64,000 nucleotides of DNA, taken from the human T2T-CHM13v2.0 reference genome, Homo sapiens. The translations under genes and the position numbers were made by a program. Below the pieces are notes generated by a model, which had not been told where the DNA came from, made no database searches, and saw nothing but the letters and a program-made list of their open reading frames with translations. The stretch lies in assembly GCF_009914755.1 (NCBI RefSeq), contig NC_060928.1; one strand, given 5' to 3'. Shown piece after piece: positions 28,278 to 40,881 of the stretch. How positions within the stretch are numbered: the first letter of the stretch is position 1; each line of letters starts with the position of its first letter.

Positions 28278-29651
28278 CATAAATATTCATTAAGGACAGC
28301 AGGGTGGCAGGGTTAATTGTAAGATTCAATCTATACATAATGTTCTATTTATTTTGTGTGTTTTATTCCTTCCAGGACATTTCTTAATTAATGTGTGTGG
28401 AAAAAACAACAACAAAAAACAAACAAATAAATTGAGGGGAAATCCTGGAGAAACATTATTAGGATTTACTTTAGGAATCTTTGTTCAAAGAAGTGAAATG
28501 GTAAAGTAAAAGAAGCAACCTAAACCAAAAATAGAACCCTCCAAAAACCAAAACAAACAAACAAACAAACAAACTCAAAACCTTCATTTGGGTACAGATA
28601 GACCTGAATCCTCTCTTTAAAATGTACCTTATGTAATTTGTGTAACATTAAGCAAATTGAGTGAGGTGGGGAAATCACCTCAAAGTTAACTGTTGAGTGA
28701 ATTTTCCACTAAATGGTTACTATAATTCAAGTTTCCAATTTTTAGAATATTAAATTTGTTTAAAAGAAAGACAAATTATAGAGTAAGTGAAATGTATTGG
28801 GAAGGTTAAGCATAAATGGTATTCAAACTAGTAACTTGTAATAAAGCAAATCATAGAGTGTGTTTAAAGTTATGATAATGAATAATCAAGTAGATTGTGA
28901 AAAGAACAAGTAGCATGTAATTTAGCAACTTATAAGATATATAAGAGGGAATAAAATTAAGTTATGATGGAACAAACAAGTATGAGACTTTAAAGTAGAA
29001 AGAGATAGAATGAATTGATGATGCCAGTTCTAAGCAACTAGCTATGTTATTCTTACATCAGCCACCTAATGATGACAGTGGAGTTTCATCATGGCCCCAT
29101 GAGTAGTCTTCTCAGAAAATGTAGGAAAATCCCATAGCTCTTTAACAGCTAACTGGCGAGCTACATCTGTGGCCACCTCTCTTTCCCTTACCATACCTTC
29201 TATCTGTTGAGTGCTCATGATCAAAACTTACCCATAATCCTATTAACCACATCATTGGCAGGGAAGGTTTGGATATGGCAGAGAAAGACCATACCTAAGA
29301 ACCTTGCCTAACCTTGGATTGAGGTCCACATACTTGGCAACTATATTAAGTCAATTAGCATATCCCATCCATTTTCCCTGTCTCCTCACTATCTGCTTTA
29401 CATTGAATTAATTAAACATCTATTTTGAGCATTTTAATTTGGTCTGTGAGTCTGCCCTGTTCTTTCAGGATAGCTTGTGAAGAGGTAGAAGTGCATCAAG
29501 GTCATTTTCCACATTGCAGTTATTGGACATAAAATACCCAGCACAGAGAATGGCCTATACTTGATGTTCAAGAAAGGACTTCTATTACTTATTCCTACTT
29601 CTATTACTTATTCCTTAGATTAGTTATCTTAAGTCATACTCATATCTAGGT

Positions 29652-29935
29652 TAGTGACTCTTAACAAGGTGCAGTCTTTCTCCCCATGGCATATTTGATA
29701 AGTGTCTGAAGACACTTTTGATTGTTATTAAAGAGGAGATGCTTTTGTTATTAAAGAGAAGACACTTTTGATTGTTATTAAAGAGGAGATACTACTGGCA
29801 TTTAGTGGTAGAAATCAAGTTTGCTGTTAAACATTCATAGAGTCCAAATGCCTGAGCTCAGGACAGTCCCCCAACACAAATAATCATCAAGTCCAAATGT
29901 CAATATTGGTGTGATTGAGAAACCCTCATCTAGAA
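29652..29935. mobile_element. MER20 hAT DNA transposon with internal duplication
   Basis: gtgtctgaagacacttttgattg...tactactggcatttagtgg...caggacagtccccc...gtccaaatgtcaata...ttgagaaaccc. Confidence 0.8.
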
Positions 29936-31039
29936 TAATGATGTTCCACCCTCATCAAAAATTTTGAGACCAGAAATTCATATTTTAATGAATACTTGTA
30001 CTTTAATAAATGTATTTATTTCAAAATAATTTTGAATCTATTTTATGCAATTACCCCTGCTACTGTTTAATATGCAAAGAGACTAACCATTGACTATAGG
30101 AAAATTAGATCACAGAGATTTCAATTCACTACTAAATATTTATTATAGAAAACACAAGAAAACTGGTGAGTCTTCTGCTCTCATCTTTTTTCAAATACTA
30201 TGCCTCAGAAAAATCTTCCTTATTACTCATACTTTGAAAATGTTATCAAAAGGAGGTATTTTCTAAGAGTTTGAGGCATTAGAGACTCTGGTCAAGCCAG
30301 AGAAGATGCTAAGACCAAGAAGGCCAGCAGTTGAGCTGGATTATACTAATTGGCCAAAGGTTGTCTGAAAGGCAAGATTTAGTAGGGACTAAAAAATAAT
30401 TGCGAAACTTCATTTAGCTTCAGATAAGACTTTTTGTCTTCATAACCAATTTATCTTCCCAATAGTTAAAGATAAAGAGCAGTGTGAGGAAGACAGGCTA
30501 ATTGTTCCCTTGATTTTATATTAGGATTAAAGCATTTTGAAGGTGGAAGTGTGGTGTTCCAGCAGTTTCTCAGTTTAGTATTATATTTCACATTTTATTT
30601 TCTGATTCCTTTTATTAGGTTTATATTATATATTCTGAAAAAGACTATCATTTTTTAAATATTGTAATTTGTTGGGGGGAGGCAGTCAAATTATAAAGGA
30701 AGGAGAACATTAGATTCTCAGATAGAGAAGAGGAAAAAATAATCGAAGAAATAGAATAGGACAGAAGGTCTGCTTTCATGGATCTTCTGTGGAAATCGGC
30801 CCAGGTCTGCACCTAGATTGGATTCATTAAGCTGTCTATTATCTGAATGGATACAGGCAGTCTTCTTTCCAACGTGAACTAGGTTTTGTAGCAATTAATG
30901 TTCAAATGCTTTATTTCTGACATTTAAAATTATCTGCAGCATATTCCTACAAACATTCCACCAATGCTATTGCGTAGATTGAGACTAATTCATATTTGCT
31001 TGATATTTGCCACAGAACAAATGTTCATATGTATGAGCA

Positions 31040-31225
31040 TGTGAGAGACAGAAAAAAGAAACTGAGATAGAGTGGGATGGGGGAAAGTATTAAGCTGGAG
31101 AGATAAAAGAAATAGAAAAAGAGAGAGAGATGAGAGATATTAGAGATGAGAGAGATAGAGATGTGGGAGAGATGAGAGAGATAGAGATGAAAGTGATAGA
31201 GATAGAGACAGAGAAAGAAAGAAAC
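31040..31225. repeat. GA-rich low-complexity tract
   Basis: Degenerate (GA)n/(GAGATA)n; explains ORFs 31025..31246 and 31140..31364. Confidence 0.85.
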
Positions 31226-32869
31226 TGATTCTGTTCCAACATTCAAAAAGGAAATACTTTTGTCCCTTTACCCTGGAAAGACAAAAAGAAGGAAATAAGT
31301 AATGAGTAACTAGTTTCTCTGCAGGCCAAATGAGACTTTCTAAGTTATTTTCCCTTTCACACAAAAACGGGAGAATTGGTGGGGTCTAACGCTCGTTTGG
31401 GAGGGGAGAAGAGACTCTCCCCCAGAATAAGGTATAGAAAAATCACATTAAATAAATGAGGCTCTAAGATGTCACAGCAGTGCAGTGGCAGGGATTATCA
31501 GTGAAGACTAGGAGAGAAAGTGGCACTATGAGAACAGGGACATTGCAAATTCAAGGTGACTCAAAGGATGATTTCAGTCATTAACTGTGCTGACCGCTAC
31601 AGAAAATGTTGGGGAATCTGCCAGGATTCTCGTGGGGAAAAGTAATGGCACTCCAAGTAGCTTAGGTTCCAGCAATTACTCTTATGAGTGTTTGGCCGAA
31701 TAATACATCATTTTGGGTTGACTCACATCCCATTGACTGTCCTTCCCAGGCTTGTTGCCAAGAAAGTATCTTTACATTAGAGATATGCAATAATAATCAT
31801 ATCTAATTTCTCATCCTCATGTCTGAATTGGTGAATGTTCTTGATGTTTACCCATACTTTTTGTTTTGAACTGCGATATAAATATTTAAAGTGGTTTTGT
31901 ATAAAAGAGAGTGAGCTTCGGCATAGTTGTCATCCATTTCCTTCTTTCCTGAACATTATTAACATCAATAAGTGTGTTCCTTACATGTTTCCTGCTATGG
32001 TGGTATTTGGTAATATTTAACTGTTATGTAGACATAGTAATAGGGAGACGTAAAAGTATCACCAAGTATGTATTCAAAGTTTCATTTAAAATTAGAAGGA
32101 TAGTCTGGCTACCTGCAATGCTGAGGATCTATGGAAAAGTCACATGATAATGGCTCACTGACTTGGGAAGTATTAGGCTACATTTTAAAGTTTTCAAGGT
32201 ATATGTGGTGTTAATACACTTGTAAATATCCTTTAGATCCAGGACTTAGAATAACATATATAAATTTTCAAAAAAAAACTTTGCTAAGTTAGATAGAAGG
32301 TGAGCATTAATTCTTACTGTATTTAGACAATAATACCCTAGGAGATTTGTTCCCAGTAACTGACTGGAACCAAGTCAGAACTGTTGAGTCTGGCTTAATC
32401 TGGGCTTATTTCTGAGCATAAATCACATAGTGAGTTTCTTTGAGTATGATTGTGGGGATAAGCGAGTAAAGGTAAAGACATATTAGAATCTCAAATGTAC
32501 CCCCTTCTCTTCCTCACTGCCTTTCAATCCAGAAAGTGTCTAAATTAGACATACTTCTTTGTGTTTACGCTGAAAGTACTGCTGAAATGAACACTATTAC
32601 AGAGAAAAAGGACCTGAACAGCTAGTTCCTTGTTCCACTTTCACATTAGCTAGTGTAGCACTATTACATGCATGCAGATATATTTGTAATCTATTTAAAA
32701 TATTCTGAAAAGTAAGATAAAGTGATAAGGGTTTTTCAGTTATAAAATTATTAGGAAAAAATCAACATCCTAAGAGGGCAGAGGGGGAAGTCTATAACTC
32801 TGGATTTATGTCTGGAATCTACTGCTGCATAGCTAACTGCTGTATAACCAAGGGCAGGTCTTTGGTCTC

Positions 32870-33220
32870 TTAAGCAGTTTCAGACATAGGCCAAGTGAAG
32901 CTGGAGTCATCTGAAGTTTCACTGGGATACTGGGAAGCTCTCCCTTCCTACTGGGAACTTGGCCTCTCCCAGTCACTCTCCCTGATAGCTGAACTATTTA
33001 CATGATAACTAAGAGATTCAAACATCAAACATGGAAGCTTCCAGGCCTTCTTAAGGTTTAGAAGCAAAGCAGATACAGTGTTCCATCATCCTCTTCTGTT
33101 GGTTAAAGCAAATCACAGGATCATTTAACAATCAGTGGGATAGGGGACCACACAATGAGATGAATGTCAGTAAATATGGTTTGTTAGGGGCCAGGTTTGG
33201 AAACTGGCCCCTAACATACC
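32870..33220 (-). mobile_element. Old MLT1 LTR fragment
   Basis: ggaagcttccaggccttcttaagg...ttctgttggttaaagcaaatcacagg...ggggaccacacaatgagatgaatg. Confidence 0.6.
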
Positions 33221-34077
33221 ACAGGAGCCATTCAAGGCTCCTTTATTTGAGTAGCATCGGAAGGAATGGCCAATGTGTTGAAAGGAGGAAAAGACACAGC
33301 ATATATTTTAAGCAGTGAGACAATTGGCTACACATATGTGATTACTTTCCCTGCAGAAAATCAATTTCCTTTGCATTTCAGTGAATCTTAATTTTCATGA
33401 AATATCATAATGTTCCATGTCAAAGCGATTTTTCCATTGATTTCTCCCTGGTAATTGTTTTTATGAAAATATTGTTGTCAAACATATTCCCTTTTTCTAA
33501 GTCTCAAAGCAAATATAATAGGATGATATTGAACTGCCCTTTCTGTGTGATGTAACTGCTGGCCCTAAAAGATATCTGGAAGTTATGTTGGGGACATATA
33601 TACAGAGTCCAATAAATAGAAGTTACACTGAGCAGAGGAAAAGGCACAGAGATACAGAGTCCAACAAATAGTTACATTTGTAGTCTAAGTCCCAAAGGTA
33701 GGAGCCATAGAGAAATGATTTTCATAGATATGCAAACAATGAAAATTAAGTTTTCCTTCCATAACAGAGTAGGCAGCATTTTCAAAAGGGAACCAAGTTA
33801 TTGAGAAGCAACAAGAAGCCATGGATGAGACACCAGTGAAAAATGTGGTACAGAGGAAATGCATGGTTTCCTAAAGGTTTAGGGAAACAACCCAAGAGTA
33901 CAAAAAATTCACACAACTACTCTCCGTACTGAATGATTTTATTTTTACTGTCATATTTCCACAGATGTGTCTCTTAGGAGAGCATGAAGGAGAGCAACAG
34001 AGATGGCAATTTGGCAAATATTGACATTAATGGTAAAACTCAGTTTCTTAAAAGACTTCTATCCCCTGCTTAGTGAC

Positions 34078-34084
34078 TGTGTGT

Positions 34085-34122
<38 letters not shown>
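34078..34122. repeat. (TG)n microsatellite
   Basis: Direct reading. Confidence 0.97.
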
Positions 34123-34125
<3 letters not shown>

Positions 34126-34404
34126 GAAGAGAGTATATTCTTAGCTGCATTCCCAAAGTGCACTGAAGATGAAGTAGGTTGTGTGACCCTCATTTAGATG
34201 GCGACCTCTGAATCCCCCACTTTTCAGTTCCATGTCTTTCCTTCTGCTGAAACTGGTCTGCTAGGTCTTTCTTGTTCACTTTCTTCAGAAAATTTGCCTC
34301 TGGTGTTTTGACACCAGAGTTGGGTGGGTGGGGAGGAGTAATTATAGTGGTCCAGCTGCCTGAGGCAGAGGAACAAGCAGCAAATCAGAGTTTTCCACAG
34401 CAGA

Positions 34405-34830
34405 TTTGTTTTTAGTTTTTATTTTTCATTGGCAAATAATAATTATACACATTTATGGAGTACAATGTGATGTTTTGATACATACATACATTTTGTAATG
34501 ATCAAATCAGGGTAATTAGCATTTTCATCACCACAAATATTTATCAGTTCTTTGTGGTGAGAACATTCCAGATTCTCTCTTCTAGTTTTTTTTTTTTTTT
34601 GAAATATATAATACATTATTATCAACTATAGTCTCTCCACTGTGCAATAGAATACCAGAATTTATTCCTCCTAACAGTGACATTATATTCATTGTCCAAC
34701 TTCTCTTTCGTCTCACACGCCTCCCCCAGCCTCTGGTAACCACTATTTTACTCTCTATTCCTATGAATTCAGCTTTATTAGATTCCACACATGAGTGCAA
34801 GCATGTAGAATTTTTATCTCTGTGCCTTTT
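34405..34830 (-). mobile_element. L1MA 3' UTR fragment, antisense
   Basis: tttatggagtacaatgtgatgttttgatac...gatcaaatcagggtaattagc...ccccagcctctggtaaccactattttactctc...gattccacacatgagtg. Confidence 0.85.
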
Positions 34831-34910
34831 CCTCTGTTCAGTGTAAAAAGCTTCAACTGATCTTTCTGCTTTTAGGTCATTGTCTTACCTCTTCCCTTTG
34901 GTGGGGTCCT

Positions 34911-34911
<1 letters not shown>

Positions 34912-34947
<36 letters not shown>
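34912..34947. repeat. (GT)18 microsatellite
   Basis: Direct reading, uninterrupted. Confidence 0.97.
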
Positions 34948-34950
<3 letters not shown>

Positions 34951-36919
34951 AGTTGATAGTCTAAAGACGTTTTATTGGACAAATTGACATAGCTGACACA
35001 TTCCTCCCTCTGCCTTCAATTAAATTATAACTTTCTTCTCACTTTTAAGTCAGTTATCACTCTTCTGTCTGCATTGCTTTTTCTAAAAACTATAGAAAAT
35101 ATTTTGTTCGTTGTTACTATTGCCTTTGAGGCCTATGTCTTCTTTTGTGGCTTAAGTACTATTTAGTGGGCTTATGGAAAGGATAAATGATCAATACTCA
35201 TGTTCAGGTCACAGTGTTTAGCTGTTACTCATTCATTTTTGCTATATGCTCTTAGAATTGTTTCATAAATTTGAACATTTGATTCTAATGTACTAAAAAA
35301 AAATCACAGGCTTTCTATTGATTGACCATTCATTCAAACTTTGTTGTTTCCTTCTGAAAGTGTTTAGTTTTTTTTTATATAATACATTTCATACGAAACA
35401 AGTAGGTTATTAGGAAAAGTAACTCAATATTGATGACTATTCAGTATTTTTTACTTAATAGGAACTACCAAGAGCAATGTATGAAATTTCTCATAATACT
35501 TTTATTATTCGTTATATTTTAATTACACGAAAAGTAAGAAGCTGACCTAGAAACCAGTTTAGTAATGTTTTATAGACCAATGCTGTTAAAATACTATGAA
35601 ACAATCAGTGCTATGAGAGTATCTGGTAACTCCTAACCCCTGCCCTCTGCTATTTATTTCAGGTCTCAGATTAGTTAGATTGGTATTAATATTTGCTATA
35701 TCATATAATTTAAAATTATGTCATTTTTGCTGATGATAGAATTTTGCTTCAGAAGTGGTCATACGAGCAACTGAAATAGTTGTTTCAGTACTGTGATAGA
35801 AAAGTAGCTTAACACCAATTAACAAAAACAAAACATTATGTAGATGAGATGTTTTCTTATGTTAAAATGAACCATATTAAATATTTTTATATTATAACTC
35901 AATTCATTGGTGTACTCAGTGTGTGGTTGTACTAGCAACAGAAGAACAACAGTAACAAAATGATTATGGGATCTATTCTTGTATTTTTCTATGGGCAATG
36001 CAAGTAAAAGTGCTTTGAGTCCTGGTACTTTTCCAGTTACTTAAACTGTTTCAAAGCTTTCTCCTTATCCCAAAGAATTGTGAACCTAGCTCACATGTAC
36101 TCCCATTACTCACAGATAATTGAAATAGTAGGATTGCTTTTGTCCTAGGCCAGAACTTCTCAAATTTTATAGCAAAATAAAATTTTTGCTGCCTCTTCTG
36201 TAGGCTTTTGAATCAATTTTTAGTTAGGGGTTAATTCCTTGGAAATATATTATAGAATATCAAATAGAAAACTGTTGGTATCAGAACAGAAATGAATTGT
36301 GTAAAAAGCTACAATTATTTTGGTAGTATGAAGATTATATGGCAAGAAAATTAAAAATGTAGGAGTTATACCTTAGTAAAGAAGGAAATAAATGATATAA
36401 ATTATCGTATAATTCACAATTTCAACTACACAATAAGATATTTTTGTATATTCACAGGATTATTCACAATAAAATTTTAGAAAATTTTAAATAACAGATT
36501 GTTCACAATAAAATTTTAGGATATTTCAAAATCACTTAAAGTAATTTTGGATCTTTTAACAGTCAATCTCCCTTTTCCATTTTTCTCACTTCCACCCCAG
36601 CCCTAAGCAACACTAATCTATTTTCTGACTTTATAATTTTGCCTATCCTGCACATTTCATAGAAATTAAATTATGTAATGTGTGGTGTTTTGTGACTGAA
36701 TTATATTTCACTTAGCATGTTTTCAAGAATTATCCATGTTATAGCAGGTGTCAGTACATATTTTTTTATTGTTGAATAACATCTTATTGTGTGAATGTAG
36801 CACATTTTATTTATCCATTAATCAGTTGAAGAACATTTGGGTTGTTTCAACTATTTAGCCAAGGATGAAAAATGCTGTCACAGCATCCATATATGATATT
36901 TTGCATTAATAAATATCCC

Positions 36920-37050
36920 TTTTTTAACGTTTATTTTAGGTTTGGGGGTACATGGGAAGGTTTGCTACATAGTTAAACATGTGTCATGGGGGCTTGTTGC
37001 ACGTATTATTTCATCACCCAGGAATTACGCCCAGTACCTGATAGCTATAT
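36920..37050 (-). mobile_element. Very short L1PA13-16-type 3' end nested in the old L1
   Basis: T-tail then ggggtacatgggaaggtttgctacatagttaaacatgtgtcatgg...tatttcatcacccagg...cccagtacctgatag. Confidence 0.75.
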
Positions 37051-39094
37051 TTTATATATTTCAATTCCCTTGAGTATATACAAAGATGTACAGTCAATGG
37101 GTATATGGTAACTGTATGTTTAACTTTTTGAGAAACTGAAAAACTGTTTCTAAAACAGCTAAAACATTTTATGTGTCTATCATTAATGCATGAATGTTTC
37201 AATTTACCCACATCCTCTACAACACTTATTGTTTGTCTTTTTAATTATAGCCATTCTAGTTGCTGTGAAGTATGTCATTGTGATTTATATTTTCCTAATG
37301 ACTAATCATATAGAACATCATTTAATGTGCTTATTACCCATTTGTATATCTTCTGTATCAAAATGTCTGCCCATATCTTTGTGCCAGTTTTCAATTGAAT
37401 TGTCTTTTTAATTGTCCAATTTTAAAAAGGTGTTTATATATTCTGGATACCTTCACAGATATATGATTTGCAGATGTTTCTTTCATTCTGTGGATTTTTT
37501 CCACTTTATGATTTTTTTTGTGCACAAAAAGGTTTTTAATTTTAATTTAAATAGTTTTATGCTATCCAATTTATCTATTTTTCTTTTTGTCACTTATAAT
37601 TTTGTCTTATCTAAGAAAACATTGCCTAACCCACTTAACCCAATGTTTTAAAAATTTACTCCAATTTTCTTTTAATATTTTTATAGTTTTAGTTATTACA
37701 CATAGATTATTCTTTTTGAGAACAATTTTTAATTTGATGTAAGGTAGGAGTACAATTACATTATTTTGCATATGGATACCCAGACTTTGTGCATGATTTG
37801 TTGAAAAGACTATTATTTTCCCAATGATTTCTCTTGGAACCCTTGTCAAAACCTGACTGACTATAAATGTGAAAATTTATTTCTGGACCCTCAATTTTAT
37901 TCCATTGACCTATAAATATTTACTTATGGAAGACCACAGTATCTTGATTATTATTGGTTTATATTAAGTTCTTAAATTGGGAGATGTGGTTTATTTAACT
38001 TTGTTCTTCTTTTCCAAGATTGTTGATCTATTCTGGGTTACTTATATTTTCATACAAATTAGAGGATCAGCTTGTTAATTTCTGAAAAAAGCCACTTGAT
38101 ATTTTGATACAGTTTGTGTTGTTTCTGTAGATTAATTTGGTAAGTATTGTCATCTTAATATTTACTCCTCTGATCTTTGAAAATATGTTATCTTTAGTTT
38201 ATTGAGATATTTAACTTTCTATCACTTAAAAAATTGTAGTGTTCAAGTCTGATACTTCTTATGTAAAAGTTATGCCTAAGTATTATATTCTTTTTGGTGC
38301 TATTGTAAATGTAATTATTTTAATTTAATTTCTTGGTTGTTCACTGAGAGTGTATGGAAATACAATTGATTTTAATATATTGATCTTGTATTCAGTATTG
38401 CTGAATTTGTTCATTAGTTTTACGGTATTTTGAGTGGATTCGTTAGGATATTCTATAGACGAGATTATGGCAACTAAAAAGAGCGATAGTTTTACTTCTT
38501 GTTTCTTTTATTGGTAAGAGTTTAGTTTAGTTTTTGTATTATTTTCTATTTTATAAAAATTGTCTTTTATATTTAAACATATAAACATAAATATTATCTT
38601 TTATATATAAATAAATATTTATTTATCTCTTTATCCTGTCAAACTAACCTAACTGGAACATCCAATACAATATTAAATAGAAGTAGCAAGGCTGAAAATG
38701 CTTCCTTTGTTAGCGAATTGAGGGGAGACTATTCAGTCTTTCACATTATATATGATGTTGCCTGTGAGTTTTTCACAGATGCCCTTTTTCAGTTGGGGAA
38801 ATATCATTTTATTTCTAGTTTTCTAATTATTTTTGTTATGAAAGTCTGTTGAATTTTGTCAAATGCTTCTTCTGTATTTATTGAGGTCATAATATGTCTT
38901 TGTTCTCTTTCCCACAAATACATTGTATTATATTCATTAATTTTTTATGTTAAACAACCTAGTATTTCTGGGATAAATTTCACTTCTTCGTAGTATATAA
39001 TCCTCTTCACATGCTTCAAATCAGAGTAGATTTGCTAGTATCCACTGAGGAATTTTCTGTCTATACTCAGATAAAAATGTGTAGTCTTCTTTTT

Positions 39095-40881
39095 TGTTGT
39101 TGTTGTTTTTTGATTTGTTTTAGTTTTTTGTTGTTTTTTTTTTAATTTGAGGGTCAACTTTATTCAGCATGAAGTTATTTAAAACATAACCCACAAAGCT
39201 TTGTATATTCATGAATTCTGCTGGTCAAGAATTCTTTTTTTTTATTATTATTATACTTTAAGTTCTAGGGTACATGTGCACAACGTGCAGGTTTGTTACA
39301 TAGGTATACATCTGCCATGTTGGTTTGCTGCACCCACTAACTCATCATTTACATTAGGTATTTCTCCTAATGCTGTCCCTCCCCCTGCCCCTCACCCCAC
39401 AACAGGCCCCAAGGTGTAATGTTCCCTGCCCTGTGTCCAAGTGTTCTCATTGTTCAGTTCCCACCTATGAGTGAGAACATGCGGTCTTTGGTTTTCTGTC
39501 CTTGTGATAGTTTGCTCAGAATGATGGCTTCTAGATGCCTCCATGTCCTTGCAAAAGGCTTGAACTCATCGTTTTTTAAGGCTGCATAATATTCCATGGT
39601 GTATATGTGGCACATTTTCTTAATCCAGTCTATCATTGATGGGCATTTGGGTTGGTTCCAAGTCTTTGCTATTGTGAATAGTGCCACAATAAACATACGT
39701 GTGCATGTGTCTTTATAGTAGAATGATTTATAATCCTTTGGGTATATACCCAGTAATGGGATTGCTGGGTCAAATGTTCTAGATCTAGATCCTTGAGGAA
39801 TCGCACCACTGTCTTCCACAATGGTTGAACTAGTTTACACTCCCAACAACAGTGTAAAAGTGTTCCTGTTTCTCCACATCCTCTCCAGCATCTATTGTTT
39901 CCTGAATTTTTAATGATTGCGGTTCTAACTGGTGTGAGATGGTATCTCATTGTGGTTTTGATTTGCATTTCTCTGATGGCCAGTGATGATAAGCATTTTT
40001 TCATGTGTCTGTTGGCTGCATAAATGTCTTCTTTTGAGAAGCGTCTGTGCATATCCTTTGTCCACTTTTTGATGGGGTTGTTTGTTTTTTTTCTTGTAAA
40101 TTTGTTTAAGTTCTTTGTAAATTCTGGATATTAGCCCTTTATCAGATGGGTAGATTGCAAAAATTTTCTCCCATTCTGTAGGTTGCCTGTTCACTCTGAT
40201 GGTAGTTTCTTTTGCTGTGCAGAAGCTCTTTAGTTTAATTAGATCCCATTTGTCAATTTTGGCTTTTGTTGCCATTTCTTTTGGTGTTTTAGTCATGAAG
40301 TCCTTGCCCATGCCTATGTCCTGAATGGTACTGCCTCGGTTTTCTTCCAGGGTTTTTATGTTTTTAGGTCTACTATTTCAGCCTTTAATCCATCTTGAAT
40401 TAATTTTTGTATAACGTATAAGGAAAGGAACCAGTCTCACTTTTCTACATATGGCTAACCAGTTTTCCCAGCACCAATTATTAAATAGGGAATCCTTTCC
40501 TCATTTCTTGTTTTTTGTCAGGTTTGTCAAAGATCAGATGGTTGTAGATGTGTGGTGTTATTTCTGAGGCCTCCCTCCTGTTGCATTGCTCTATATGTCT
40601 GTTTTGGTACCAGTACCATGCTGTTTTGGTTACTGTAGCCTTGTAGTATAGTTTGAAGTCAGGTAGCATGATGCTTCCAGCTTTGTTCTTTTGGCTTAGG
40701 ATTGTCTTGGCATTGCAGGCTCTTTTTTGGTTCCATATGAACTTTAAAGTAGTTTTTTCCAATTCTGCGAATAAAGAAAGGTATTGGTAGCTTGATGGGG
40801 ATGGTATTGAATCTACACCTTACCTTGGGCATTTATGGCCATTTTCATGATATTGATTCTTCCTATCCATGAGCATGGAAT
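39095..40881 (-). mobile_element. 5'-truncated L1PA6-like element carrying a 3' transduction
   Basis: ORF2 C-terminal peptides including [26 protein letters not shown]; L1 body 39235-40881; TSD aatgtgtagtcttcttttt at 39076-39094 and 40882-40900. Confidence 0.95.

Noticed and set aside
28285-28330. Possible continuation of CDT1 homology beyond the LTR and Tigger3b
   Set aside because: Similarity is short and weak, and the corresponding CDT1 codons already appear to be represented near 26497-26512.
29578-29790. Repeat-spacer-repeat pattern superficially like a CRISPR array
   Set aside because: Eukaryotic context, only two copies, and the spacer derives from the repeat itself.
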